From positions 1-64,000 of the IMG/VR virus record IMGVR_UViG_3300020577_012633: DNA of 64,000 nt; one strand, given 5' to 3'. Shown piece after piece: positions 1-9,745 of the stretch. A program made the translations under genes and the position numbers. Each line of letters opens with the position of its first letter. Within the stretch, counting starts at the first letter, position 1. Source of the stretch: a virus. Lineage: Duplodnaviria > Caudoviricetes. Under the pieces are notes generated by a model. That model did not search any database. It saw nothing but the letters and a program-made list of their open reading frames with translations, and was not told where the DNA came from.

Positions 1-113
1 GAATTCCATCAGCAGTATAAAACTTATTCGACTGTGTTGGTTGTCCTTTTGCCTTCTTTGCCATAATCCCAACCTCCTCCGTTCAGGTCTTTCAAAGATA
101 GAAAATAGCTTTT

Positions 114-410
114 TTATTTCTTTTTTGCTACTGACATAAAATCTTCGCACAAGGCAATAGAGATTTCAGTAACTATTTCTGGTACCTGAGAAACTTCATC
201 ATTATCTAAAAAAGAATCAATAATTTTAGAAACTCTCTTCACAGTATTTTCTGCTATATCATGAATATTTTGTTCAGAAACTTTGCCATCAAGGATGCGT
301 ATCGCGTTTAAATTATGCATATGCATAAAAGCATATTGCATAATATTGAGTATGTTTCTTATTTTTTCTGCGTTTTTTAAATATTGTTCATCTCTTACGA
401 CAGTTTGCAT
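114..410 (-). CDS. hypothetical protein
   Basis: 98-aa ORF in the tightly packed minus-strand run; no recognised motif. Confidence 0.6.
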   Translation of the reverse strand: MQTVVRDEQYLKNAEKIRNILNIMQYAFMHMHNLNAIRILDGKVSEQNIHDIAENTVKRVSKIIDSFLDNDEVSQVPEIVTEISIALCEDFMSVAKKK

Positions 411-413
411 AAA

Positions 414-1004
414 TCATTTTCCTTTTTTGACATTCTTCTTAACAGGTTTTGTCTGTTCAGTTAGTCCCATTACAGAATATATGCCTTTTTTGGAATCTTT
501 TGCCTTGAGAGAGGCTGTTTCAAATTCTTGTTTATATTTACAAGGATACTGAGATAGAAACTGTCCATATCCATTACGCAATATTTCAAGATTTATACAC
601 AATCCATCAGGATACCTGTAAAGGTAGCCAAGAGTCCTGCCGTATTTATCTGGCTTATGATTATCAGGCTGCTCTAGCCAAACTTTTTCGCCAGTTAGAA
701 GATTTTTTAAATTTGTTGAAGCTTCAGGTCCATATATCTGAACCTCTTTACGAGGATCAACCGTTTCTGGAGTATCAACTCCGACAAGTCTAACTTTTAC
801 TTTTTCGCCATTAGGTAACTTTAGAGAACAAGTATCGCCGTCAGCAACATGATCAACTTCGCAAAGGTCAAGTTTAGAAAAATCAGGATGCTGTATCGCT
901 ATTTGTTTTGGTTCGTTTGTCTTTGCTACAAAATAACCAAAAACACCACCAGTTGCTAAGCAAAAGGATGCGATAAATGGCAAAAATCTCATTCTATTAT
1001 CCAT
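414..1004 (-). CDS. thermonuclease (SNase) family protein with N-terminal membrane anchor
   Basis: DGDT, VRLVGVDTPET and DKYGRTLGY motifs; hydrophobic N-terminus; start moved to MDNRMRF because the longer ORF overlaps the upstream gene. Confidence 0.9.
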   Translation of the reverse strand: MDNRMRFLPFIASFCLATGGVFGYFVAKTNEPKQIAIQHPDFSKLDLCEVDHVADGDTCSLKLPNGEKVKVRLVGVDTPETVDPRKEVQIYGPEASTNLKNLLTGEKVWLEQPDNHKPDKYGRTLGYLYRYPDGLCINLEILRNGYGQFLSQYPCKYKQEFETASLKAKDSKKGIYSVMGLTEQTKPVKKNVKKGK

Positions 1005-1323
1005 TCTTCTTTGCTGTTCTATCTTGATTCTTCTTTGTAAATACAAAATAGGGTTCGTATGCTTCATCAATGAATGGTTTATGGTATTCGACATCCCAGC
1101 CTTCATTTTTATATGCTTCTTCTACATTTAGCCATTGATTTTCCCATACGTCTTTTTTATTGATACCTAAAGATTCCATTTCTGCTAAAACGTCCTTTTG
1201 GTTTACGAAAGCAGAAAAGCCAGAAAAATTCTTAATAATTAAATTATTGAAAGCAGTAAAAACAGCTTCTGGGAATTGTTTATTTATTTCATGTGGTTTT
1301 ATTGGAGGCATATTCCCTCTCAT
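997..1323 (-). CDS. hypothetical phage protein
   Basis: 108-aa ORF abutting its neighbours. Confidence 0.65.
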   Translation of the reverse strand: MRGNMPPIKPHEINKQFPEAVFTAFNNLIIKNFSGFSAFVNQKDVLAEMESLGINKKDVWENQWLNVEEAYKNEGWDVEYHKPFIDEAYEPYFVFTKKNQDRTAKKNG

Positions 1324-1589
1324 TAATCAATATCTTCTTTTGCTCCAGTTGCATGGACCTGAGGCCCTGCATGTTCACATTTAGCTTCAATATACATTGG
1401 ACAATCTCCATATTTTTCAGAAGAAATCATATAAAGCTTACCGCGATACAGCACAAGTTCTGTTGATTTATCTTTTATCTCAGTAAATATAACAAGATTA
1501 TGTCTAGCCTCTGAAGGCATAGGAGTAAAACCATCTTGTCTTTGTCCTACAGGGAGATCTGTTCTTTTTGTGCAAAGTGCTACTTTCAT
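1323..1589 (-). CDS. hypothetical protein
   Basis: 88-aa ORF with coupled stop/start. Confidence 0.6.
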   Translation of the reverse strand: MKVALCTKRTDLPVGQRQDGFTPMPSEARHNLVIFTEIKDKSTELVLYRGKLYMISSEKYGDCPMYIEAKCEHAGPQVHATGAKEDID

Positions 1590-1590
1590 T

Positions 1591-1917
1591 TTATTCCTTT
1601 GGTATTTTGATGTTTTTATCTTTAGCCCAATCTATCCAAGATTGAGCTAATTCTGAAACTTTAAAAGCTCCGATGGTTCCGATTTTTTCAGGTTCATATT
1701 TTGGACGCTCTTTAGTAATCGAAGCAAGAAGAAAAGAGAATCCGATCCAAATTTCTCCCTTGCTTAACAAATAAAGTATTCTAGAAACAACAGGTTGCCC
1801 TATCTCCATTAGTTTTGTATATTCAGGCATCTTTACCATTTGGTGCCAAAATGAAAAACCCTGACATTGATCATGCCATTCATATAAACACAAATCTATT
1901 TCTTTTGAAGAAGACAT
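1591..1917 (-). CDS. hypothetical protein
   Basis: 108-aa ORF directly downstream of rtcB. Confidence 0.6.
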   Translation of the reverse strand: MSSSKEIDLCLYEWHDQCQGFSFWHQMVKMPEYTKLMEIGQPVVSRILYLLSKGEIWIGFSFLLASITKERPKYEPEKIGTIGAFKVSELAQSWIDWAKDKNIKIPKE

Positions 1918-1928
1918 AGACTTTTCTT

Positions 1929-3203
1929 TTATCCCTTCAGAACTGCAACTGGCTTCAATTCTGTTTGAATGTTTACCAGATCTTTTTGATTTTCCATAAC
2001 AGTATCAATATCTTTGTATGCGCTGCCAAGTTCGTCGTGAGCCTCTCTGACTCCGTATAGTTCCACAGAACCAAGCTGAGAGGCTTGAGAAGGATCAAGA
2101 CCTTCGGCAATACGTTTTTTAGCGGTAGTTCTGCTAAAATTTCGACCTGATCCATGAGAGCATGAGTTGAAGCTATCTGCGTTTTCTTTGCCCTTTACGA
2201 TATAGCTTTTGCTACACATAGAACCAGGAATAATACCAACTGTAGTTCTACGAGCGAGAGTAGCTCCCTTACGGTGAACCCATACATTTTGTCCAAAATG
2301 GTTTTCGATTGTTGCATAGTTGTGGTGAATGTTCACAATGTCTTTTACTGGATTCGCACCTGCCCATTTTTGTTCGCGCAGAGCTTCTTGGCAAACAATC
2401 ATCATTAGATGACGATTCACAAGAGCATACTCTTGAGCAGCTAAAAGACTTGCGATATACCATTGTCCTTCTTCAGAATCAGATGGCATAAAAGCAAGTT
2501 CTTCGTTTTCAAGACGAGTAAAATACTTGCGGCATGTCTTTACTGCAAGATGATGGAATTTCTTTGCGAGTTGCGCGCCAAGTCCACGAGATCCGCTATG
2601 CAGCATAAACCAGGCATTGCCTTCAGAGTCTTGCTGAAGTTCAATGAAATGGTTTCCTCCACCAAGGGTTCCTATTTGAACTTTTGCGCGAGACCACTCA
2701 GGATAATCTAGTGTTTTGCATATCTCTTTGGCTTGTTCAAATTTTTCTTGAACAGATTGTATTTCTCCTTTGATTCGCTCATGACCAAGCCAAATATCAC
2801 TATTTGTTCTGTTTTTTCCTTCGCCAACAGGAATATCATCTTTGATCGAAGTCATTAGCTCTCGAACGTTAAGATCTGAAACTTTAATACCTGAATTCCA
2901 CGCACACATTCCGCACCCGATATCAACGCCAACTGCGTTCGGGGAGATTGCATTAATAAGAGGCAATACTGATCCAACAGGAACTCCAAAACCTGTATGA
3001 GCATCAGGCATAAGAGCTACATGATGGAAGACGCAAGGAAGCCTTGCCGCCTGAGAGACCTGTCTTATTGCGCCTTCTTCCAAATTGAGGATTGGCTTTC
3101 CAGTTTCAGGATCTACATCCTTAGTCCAACACTTCACTGGAACTCCGCCAGTTTCTTCAGGAGGAATTACTACCGGACCAAGTTTTTCTGAAGTTGATTC
3201 CAT
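1929..3203 (-). CDS. rtcB: RtcB 3'-phosphate/2',3'-cyclic phosphate RNA ligase
   Basis: MPDAHxG, GVDIGCGM, GGGNHFIE, HSGSRG, HHNY, HRKGA and SHGSGR motifs; start at MESTSEK after AAGGA. Confidence 0.95.
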   Translation of the reverse strand: MESTSEKLGPVVIPPEETGGVPVKCWTKDVDPETGKPILNLEEGAIRQVSQAARLPCVFHHVALMPDAHTGFGVPVGSVLPLINAISPNAVGVDIGCGMCAWNSGIKVSDLNVRELMTSIKDDIPVGEGKNRTNSDIWLGHERIKGEIQSVQEKFEQAKEICKTLDYPEWSRAKVQIGTLGGGNHFIELQQDSEGNAWFMLHSGSRGLGAQLAKKFHHLAVKTCRKYFTRLENEELAFMPSDSEEGQWYIASLLAAQEYALVNRHLMMIVCQEALREQKWAGANPVKDIVNIHHNYATIENHFGQNVWVHRKGATLARRTTVGIIPGSMCSKSYIVKGKENADSFNSCSHGSGRNFSRTTAKKRIAEGLDPSQASQLGSVELYGVREAHDELGSAYKDIDTVMENQKDLVNIQTELKPVAVLKG

Positions 3204-3323
3204 TTTGTTTTCCTTACCATATTGTATAGGGCCAAATCGCACAAAAACAAGACGAGGCAGTTGTTCTCTTGTAGAATAATCGGCTAAAATAAACACTAGA
3301 CTTTTTGTTCCAAAGTCAATCAA

Positions 3324-4403
3324 ATGACCAATAGAAATTACAATATGGCAGCGTTGGCCGCTGCTGGAAAAAGATGGTTCGCTAAGCCTCCTGAAGGCTT
3401 TGAGAATCCTCCATATGCTGCAATAGAAAGTTTTTCAATATATGCTGCTTTAATGCAAAAATCTGATATGTCTAGAAAGGTTGCTCATGCCATTTCTGCA
3501 CAACCAAAAGATGCTAGATCTGTACAGCTAGGCTATGCTTTCCTGGCTCAAAAATGGATAAGAGAAAATGGTCCAACTCTATTTGTTTCTGAACAGATTT
3601 TGGATGCTTGCGAAAACACCAATGCGTTTAAGGGAGTAGAAGGCTCTGATATAAAAATAACATATCCAACTGGATATATTTCTCTTCCAAAGAAAAGAGG
3701 GTTTATTTCCAAGCAAACTGGAGATAGGCTATCTCATATCTGGTTTACAGTCCTTGAGCCGAATACAGATATGCATATAATCTCTAATGAGGAAAGATTA
3801 CCGCTCAATGTTGATGGTAAAAGCTTGTTTATTCATGGATATTGGGAAAAGAATCCAGAATGTTCCTCATTCTCTCTTCCTCTCAATATAGAAAATAAAA
3901 CATTACTAGAAGTAATAAATGAATCTGTAGATAAAGTGATATTTGATGAAACTGTTAAAAGAGTAAATACCGTAAAAGCTCTAGAGGATGAGGCTCATGA
4001 TCTAGGCTTATGGATGAGTTCTCTGGTTGTGAATCTTTTTCTTATTATGCAGTCTTATCCACAATACATGGATAAGCTGTCGAAAGACAAATCATACCGT
4101 CAAGGATTTAAAGATAGAAGTCCTGCGACAAGCATAATTATACGTCCTTCTAAATCTCAACCAGTAAATCGGGTTGTTGTAAATAGAACTGATGAATCAA
4201 TAATAAATCTAACTGGAAGATCTGTAAGTAACCATTGGCGTAGAGGACACTGGAAAAGACAACCACACGGTGAATATTGGGAACTTAAAAATCCTGAAGT
4301 TTATGTTATCACTTTGCCAGATAACCGTAAAGCGCATATGAAATGGATTATTCCCATATATGTGGGTTTGAAATCTATCGAGAAAACATATGAAGAAGAA
4401 TAA
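3324..4403 (+). CDS. hypothetical phage protein with C-terminal HWRRGHW motif
   Basis: 359-aa ORF; VSNHWRRGHWKRQPHG motif of a recurrent uncharacterised phage family. Confidence 0.7.
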   Translation: MTNRNYNMAALAAAGKRWFAKPPEGFENPPYAAIESFSIYAALMQKSDMSRKVAHAISAQPKDARSVQLGYAFLAQKWIRENGPTLFVSEQILDACENTNAFKGVEGSDIKITYPTGYISLPKKRGFISKQTGDRLSHIWFTVLEPNTDMHIISNEERLPLNVDGKSLFIHGYWEKNPECSSFSLPLNIENKTLLEVINESVDKVIFDETVKRVNTVKALEDEAHDLGLWMSSLVVNLFLIMQSYPQYMDKLSKDKSYRQGFKDRSPATSIIIRPSKSQPVNRVVVNRTDESIINLTGRSVSNHWRRGHWKRQPHGEYWELKNPEVYVITLPDNRKAHMKWIIPIYVGLKSIEKTYEEE

Positions 4404-5181
4404 GGCAGAAGTAGAACTACTTGCAAGTCAGCTTATGTATCCATCTATTCATTATTCTAGAATAGCTGCTTTAGACTCTATACTTACTTCTTCCGGTCAC
4501 TACTGGTTTAAAGGACAGCTAATACCTTTACACTTTAATTCAAATTCCCAAAAAGAATATACCAGTATTGTAAAAAGTATTAGAAATAAAACCGCAATAA
4601 CAGTAGATGAAGCTCTACATAATCATTGCATGAAAAGTGCAATAAAGCATTTGAGTGAAAGCGAGAGTGAAGGGTTTTCTTCTGTCGAAGAACTAGCTCT
4701 CAGGTATAAAAATACTACCTTAGAGCAACATGGTATGCCTTTCAAATTTAGGCTACATGATTATTGCAAAGTTTCAATTAGTCAAATCCCAGATGATGTT
4801 GACAAAGATTTTTTGGCTCTATGCGTAGAATACTTAAATTGTGCTTTGAATTCAAAAACAGATTTTAATGAAAAAACAATACTTACTCCATGTGATCAAA
4901 AATTACACTTTGGCAAATCTGGTAACGGATTAGACGAAAAAGAGCTAGAAACTCGTAAAGCTTTGTCGTTTGAAATAGGCAAAATACTGGCTGAAGTAGA
5001 TGGTAAAAGTTGGCCTCCTAGCGAAGAGGAAGCTAAAAAGCAGTTAAAGGAATGGAATAATTTTCATAGTCCAGCAGCTAGAGCTAAAAGAGCTAACCAG
5101 GATAATGAAAACTCAAAGAAAATCGCAATGGATATTCTTTCTGATCTGAAGAAAAGAAATTTGATTCCTGAAAATAAATAA
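4390..5181 (+). CDS. hypothetical protein
   Basis: 263-aa ORF overlapping the previous stop. Confidence 0.65.
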   Translation: MKKNKAEVELLASQLMYPSIHYSRIAALDSILTSSGHYWFKGQLIPLHFNSNSQKEYTSIVKSIRNKTAITVDEALHNHCMKSAIKHLSESESEGFSSVEELALRYKNTTLEQHGMPFKFRLHDYCKVSISQIPDDVDKDFLALCVEYLNCALNSKTDFNEKTILTPCDQKLHFGKSGNGLDEKELETRKALSFEIGKILAEVDGKSWPPSEEEAKKQLKEWNNFHSPAARAKRANQDNENSKKIAMDILSDLKKRNLIPENK

Positions 5182-5182
5182 T

Positions 5183-5401
5183 TTGGAGACATTTATGAGT
5201 GATGAAGGCTTTAGACACGAATTGGAATGCATGAAAATACTTATTCGTTTAAATGATTCAGACAATCCGGAAATTTCTTCAATTAAAAAAGATATTCGAA
5301 GTATTATTGATAAGGCATTGTCTCATGATTTTTCTTTTGAATGCCAGTGCCATTCTTGCGTTCTTAAAAAGATTAAAAACGTAATCAATAAAGTCAAATG
5401 A
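5183..5401 (+). CDS. hypothetical protein
   Basis: 72-aa ORF within the plus-strand operon. Confidence 0.5.
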   Translation: METFMSDEGFRHELECMKILIRLNDSDNPEISSIKKDIRSIIDKALSHDFSFECQCHSCVLKKIKNVINKVK

Positions 5402-6189
5402 ATTCTAAAAAAAATAAAATCGTCCTAAGTATTGACTTTGATTTCTTTTTCAAAGAAGATATTTCATTCGATTGGGGTCACCGCGAAAATGCGATGTTTA
5501 TAGAAGCAATATGGCCAATACGAGCTATGCATCTTATTGCAAATGGCGTAGACCTGGTAAAAGATGTTGGCATTACTGGAAATCCAGATGAATTTGCCGC
5601 ACAGCTTATTGATCTAAAATGGAAATTCAAAAGAAACTTCAGTCTTTCAATCGCAGAATCTCATGCTTCTGCTTATCATGCATTAAAAGATAATAAAGAT
5701 TTAGAAATAATCAATATTGATGCGCATCATGATATTTCATATGGTCAACTTGATAAGCTCGATTGTGGGAATTGGATCGGTCGTCTTGCTATGGAAGGCA
5801 AGGTAAAAAAAGTTACTTTTGTTTATCCAGAATGGCGTAAGATTGAAGAAAATTACGACTATCCAAGCGAAGAAGCTCTTGCTAAAATGGAAGAGCTTGG
5901 AGTTGAACTGGATATTGTTTACGGTATACATTCAACTCATGCAAGAAAAGTTGATGAAGTTTTCATAGCTAGATCTGGAGCATGGGTTCCTCCGTGGACT
6001 GATGATAATTTTTATAAGTTTATTCATACCTGGCTATTCCGTACTCCTAAATGTACTCTTTGGGGATACAATTGTCTTGAAAAATTCAAAAGAAACTTTA
6101 ACTGGAAAGAAGTAAAAGATGCTGCTATCGTTCAAAAAAATCATGTGGATGAAATAAAGAAACTTCATCCAAATGGAATTTTTCTCTAA
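5398..6189 (+). CDS. arginase/deacetylase-fold (UPF0489-like) metallo-hydrolase
   Basis: LSIDFDFF, INIDAHHD and DCGNW motifs. Confidence 0.65.
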   Translation: MNSKKNKIVLSIDFDFFFKEDISFDWGHRENAMFIEAIWPIRAMHLIANGVDLVKDVGITGNPDEFAAQLIDLKWKFKRNFSLSIAESHASAYHALKDNKDLEIINIDAHHDISYGQLDKLDCGNWIGRLAMEGKVKKVTFVYPEWRKIEENYDYPSEEALAKMEELGVELDIVYGIHSTHARKVDEVFIARSGAWVPPWTDDNFYKFIHTWLFRTPKCTLWGYNCLEKFKRNFNWKEVKDAAIVQKNHVDEIKKLHPNGIFL

Positions 6190-6201
6190 AGGAAAACAAA
6201 A

Positions 6202-6747
6202 ATGGGAGAGTCATTAGGAAAATGCGCTTGTGGACATTTGGCAGGTCAGGAAGAATTTGAACGACATGGGGAGTGCGAGGAATGCGCTCGATTGCGAAAA
6301 ATTGGAAACGGGTCTATTGTTGAAGGTTCCAGAAAAGAGGTAAGAAAAACAAAGATCGAAGAAAATAAGAAAATTTTTGCTAACAGAACTTTTCCTATTA
6401 TAAAACAAAATGCTCTATTCTTGTGTGAAGTTTCAACTATAATGGTTCACATTACTCCTCATCTGGATGGTTGCGTTGCGCTACCTATACCATCTAAAGA
6501 TCAGGAAAAAATGGAAGATGTTCTTGTTGGAGGTTGGAGAGGAGTCGTTGAGCTTGTTGTAAAAGACATGGAAGATGAGCCAGGAGTTACTTGCGAAAAC
6601 GCTATGGAAATGAGCTATTCATGTGCTTTTACTGTTGAATTGCAGGAAAACGAAACTGCTACGAAAGCTAAAGTAAGAGTAAAAAAGGCTTTTATTAGAT
6701 CCTGGAACAAAATCGTTACTAATGTAGAAAAAGGCAAAAAATTGTAA
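6202..6747 (+). CDS. hypothetical protein with N-terminal Cys cluster
   Basis: 181-aa ORF with RBS AAGGA; CACGH...CEEC. Confidence 0.6.
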   Translation: MGESLGKCACGHLAGQEEFERHGECEECARLRKIGNGSIVEGSRKEVRKTKIEENKKIFANRTFPIIKQNALFLCEVSTIMVHITPHLDGCVALPIPSKDQEKMEDVLVGGWRGVVELVVKDMEDEPGVTCENAMEMSYSCAFTVELQENETATKAKVRVKKAFIRSWNKIVTNVEKGKKL

Positions 6748-6782
6748 CGAGTTCGTGAAACGTAGAGCCTTCTCAAGTACCT

Positions 6783-7034
6783 ATGTGTATAGGAGGCTTT
6801 ATGCACAATTTTGACGAAAAAATCAGGATTATCCAAGCGATTCGTGTCAAGATTTCCCAAGAAATAAAAGACCTAAATGACTCAGGAATAAAAAATACTG
6901 AATCAAGGTCTTTTATTTATTCTATGAAGATATTTCTAGAGAAGCTCGATAGTTTTGAACAGGAATTGCTTTACGTTCCTCTTTCTAAGTATGTTGATAT
7001 TAAGAATAGATTTCCTGGATCTCCTAGAAATTAA
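6783..7034 (+). CDS. hypothetical protein
   Basis: 83-aa ORF; AGGAGG precedes an internal ATG. Confidence 0.5.
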   Translation: MCIGGFMHNFDEKIRIIQAIRVKISQEIKDLNDSGIKNTESRSFIYSMKIFLEKLDSFEQELLYVPLSKYVDIKNRFPGSPRN

Positions 7035-7052
7035 CTAATAATATTGATATTT

Positions 7053-8474
7053 TTAATCAATCTTGCAGCTATTCTCAATCATGTATTTTTGTAATATATT
7101 TGTCTGATTTAAAGAAATATCATTCTTGGATTGATTACAATTTTTGCAAACTAATCTAATAGAAGTTTCTGAATTTTTTGAAGATGGATTTACGTGATCG
7201 TATTGCGAATCTTCTTTTAATTCTGCATTACAAATAGGACATAAGCAGTCGTTTTCTATAGCCTTAACATAAGCTTCTGTTTTTGTTGATTGATTTATAA
7301 ACTTTTTTTTACATCCAAGATCTACTTTATAACTAATAGCTATTTCGTTAATAAGTTCCATTTTTTTGGAAAGATTAGTTGAATTGCCTTGATGATTTAC
7401 TAAATCTTCTTGAGATCTTCTTGAAATATATTCCCAAGCTATTTTATGAAATGTTTCAAGATGTTCTTTTATTTGATTTTGTTTTAATGTTTTAGCTTCA
7501 ATATGTTCTGAAAACCAAATTATTAAATCTATAACAGCATTTTTTTCTATACAATTTTTTCCTGGAACTTTTTTGAAATCAATTATTTCAGCCAATATCT
7601 TTGCGGTATTTTCTATAAGATTAACATTTTGTAATAATCCTGTTTTTTCAAGTATATCAATGTTGATTATATTTTCTTCTATATCATCTTTCAAAGAATT
7701 TTCTCCAATAATAGTTATAAAATAGTTTTCAATTCTTTTTGTAGATTTTTCTATATCTGACTTAGTTGCAAATTTTGCAACTCTACTTCCTAAGAATGTA
7801 AGACCAAATCTAGCGTACATTAAATTATGGACCCATCTTATTCCTGCATATCTTTCATTTCCGCTTATTTCAGATCTTAAATGACTATGAATAGGTCTTA
7901 GACAGTCATTGAAAATATACATTAGTAATGATTTTGTAAGAAAATTTGGACAATAAAGTTTTTCATGACAATTTAAACTTGACATAGCGTTTATTCGTTC
8001 AAATAAATCTCTTTGTTCTAGGATTGTCATTGGTTCCCAGGCGCGAATATCCCATGTATAGTTCATAAATTGACGTAAAAGTTCTGGATGCTTTTTTATA
8101 TCATTGAAAAAATATCTATTTCCATTCCATTCAACAAAGAATTTGTTATTTACAAATTCTAATACACATTCCCATCTTTGTTTTCCATCACAAACATTAT
8201 ACCTGTCAGCATCTTCTTTTATTGCTATTAAATGAATATAACCAACAGGTACATTTGCTAAAATTGATTTTATAAGATTTTGTTTCATATATTCAGGCCA
8301 TATATTAGAACCTCTTTGATAAATAGTATCAAAATTATAAACCTTACCGCTACTACCTAGATAATTAAGTAATTCCCTCATTCTAATAGGTTCTGATTTG
8401 GATTTTCCAAGTTTCCCATCAGAAATAGAAACAAGAATTGATTCGGCTTTAGACTCCACATTTTTATCTTTCAT
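7053..8474 (-). CDS. DUF262 (GmrS/ParB-like) domain plus C-terminal HNH nuclease, GmrSD-like
   Basis: YQRGxxxW and DGKQR DUF262 motifs; CPIC...YDHVNP...CKNCNQSK HNH; start at MKDK after GGAG. Confidence 0.8.
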   Translation of the reverse strand: MKDKNVESKAESILVSISDGKLGKSKSEPIRMRELLNYLGSSGKVYNFDTIYQRGSNIWPEYMKQNLIKSILANVPVGYIHLIAIKEDADRYNVCDGKQRWECVLEFVNNKFFVEWNGNRYFFNDIKKHPELLRQFMNYTWDIRAWEPMTILEQRDLFERINAMSSLNCHEKLYCPNFLTKSLLMYIFNDCLRPIHSHLRSEISGNERYAGIRWVHNLMYARFGLTFLGSRVAKFATKSDIEKSTKRIENYFITIIGENSLKDDIEENIINIDILEKTGLLQNVNLIENTAKILAEIIDFKKVPGKNCIEKNAVIDLIIWFSEHIEAKTLKQNQIKEHLETFHKIAWEYISRRSQEDLVNHQGNSTNLSKKMELINEIAISYKVDLGCKKKFINQSTKTEAYVKAIENDCLCPICNAELKEDSQYDHVNPSSKNSETSIRLVCKNCNQSKNDISLNQTNILQKYMIENSCKID

Positions 8475-8641
8475 TTTTTCTCCATATCTGTAAGACTCAA
8501 AAAGGTATCGGATATTTTTCAAAAAAGTTGAATACTTTTTGTAAAAAATCGGAATTTTCTTTTCGGCACAGCAAGGTTTTTATTTCGACCAATTACACGG
8601 AATATCTTCTGTGCTTTTTAGGTCAAACCATTAAAACAAAC

Positions 8642-8667
8642 AAAAAGCCCTTATTTTCAAGGGCTTT
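8642..8667 (-). terminator. intrinsic terminator, possibly bidirectional
   Basis: AAAGCCCTT-N6-AAGGGCTTT inverted repeat followed by a T-tract, downstream of 8685..9302. Confidence 0.7.
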
Positions 8668-8684
8668 CGTATCAGAAATTTATT

Positions 8685-9302
8685 TTAAGCGTATTTCGTC
8701 CATTCCCCAGCGAAGACGGCACGCAGCTTATCAAGGTAATCGTTTGATTTTATTTTTCGCATCCAGAGATCATGACCAGAGCCGCCTTTAGCGACAACTC
8801 CTTCCCAAAACGGAAGGGTTCTATTGCGAACCGCATCTATTAGAGTTTGGTTGAAATTTCCTTCATAGACAACCTGAGCGGATTTTAGATGTCCAAAATG
8901 ATCAACAAATTGTCTTGGACTAATTATGCCTTTCTTATGAAGATTGATATCAAATAAAACAAGCTCCATTGGCTCATTAGGCAATTCTAAATCATGAATA
9001 CCTGCAAAAGATTTAGGTCCAACATATTCGCAATATGCTGTAATTCTTTCGTTGTGGCGAAATTCTTTCGTTTTAGTAATTACTTCTTCTATACCTTCGG
9101 CTTGAGTAGCCATAAACAAATCAATCGCTGGTCCAAAGACCGGATCTGATTTATCAAAAAGTCTTGTCCTTGTTCCGAATTTTAACCAACCCTTCTTTGG
9201 AGTCCATTCGAAGCGTAGGTTACTTCCATCATACTTATAAAAAGCAATACAAGGCTTTCCAAAGTCTCCGGTTGGTCCATCAATAGAAGGGTATTCTTTC
9301 AT
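8685..9302 (-). CDS. small ATP-dependent RNA ligase-like nucleotidyltransferase
   Basis: motif I KYDGSN, YCEY, LFDI, EGVVAK and terminal KIKS. Confidence 0.8.
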   Translation of the reverse strand: MKEYPSIDGPTGDFGKPCIAFYKYDGSNLRFEWTPKKGWLKFGTRTRLFDKSDPVFGPAIDLFMATQAEGIEEVITKTKEFRHNERITAYCEYVGPKSFAGIHDLELPNEPMELVLFDINLHKKGIISPRQFVDHFGHLKSAQVVYEGNFNQTLIDAVRNRTLPFWEGVVAKGGSGHDLWMRKIKSNDYLDKLRAVFAGEWTKYA

Positions 9303-9745
9303 TTATTATCAACAATCAATTCATGAAGTTCGTAACAGCTTTTAGTTCCATCACTGTGCTGTACATCAAAGCATAAGCCATGAGAATCATGGTGTCCAAT
9401 AACGGTTCCGTTTTTTTCGTGTTGTCTTGTTCTTTTTGCTTCATCCGACCAGTCTTCCGATTCCATTCCAGCATCAATAAATGTTATGACTTTTGTTCCT
9501 GGAGCTATAGGCGGATAAACTAAAGTTTGAATATGATATATTTGCATTTTATTTGTTCCGTTTAAAATATCTCTTTGATATTTTTTCATCTTATTTATGT
9601 AAGCTAAAGCATCTCTAAGCAATTCTCCAGTCTTATTGCCTCGCATGTAGCCTTTTTCAGCAATCCATTCAACAAGTCTTTTAATAATATCATCAGGATT
9701 TATATTGACTGATTGTTGCTTTTGAGATTTTTCAAATTTATTCAT
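9299..9745 (-). CDS. hypothetical protein
   Basis: 148-aa ORF coupled to neighbours. Confidence 0.6.
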   Translation of the reverse strand: MNKFEKSQKQQSVNINPDDIIKRLVEWIAEKGYMRGNKTGELLRDALAYINKMKKYQRDILNGTNKMQIYHIQTLVYPPIAPGTKVITFIDAGMESEDWSDEAKRTRQHEKNGTVIGHHDSHGLCFDVQHSDGTKSCYELHELIVDNK

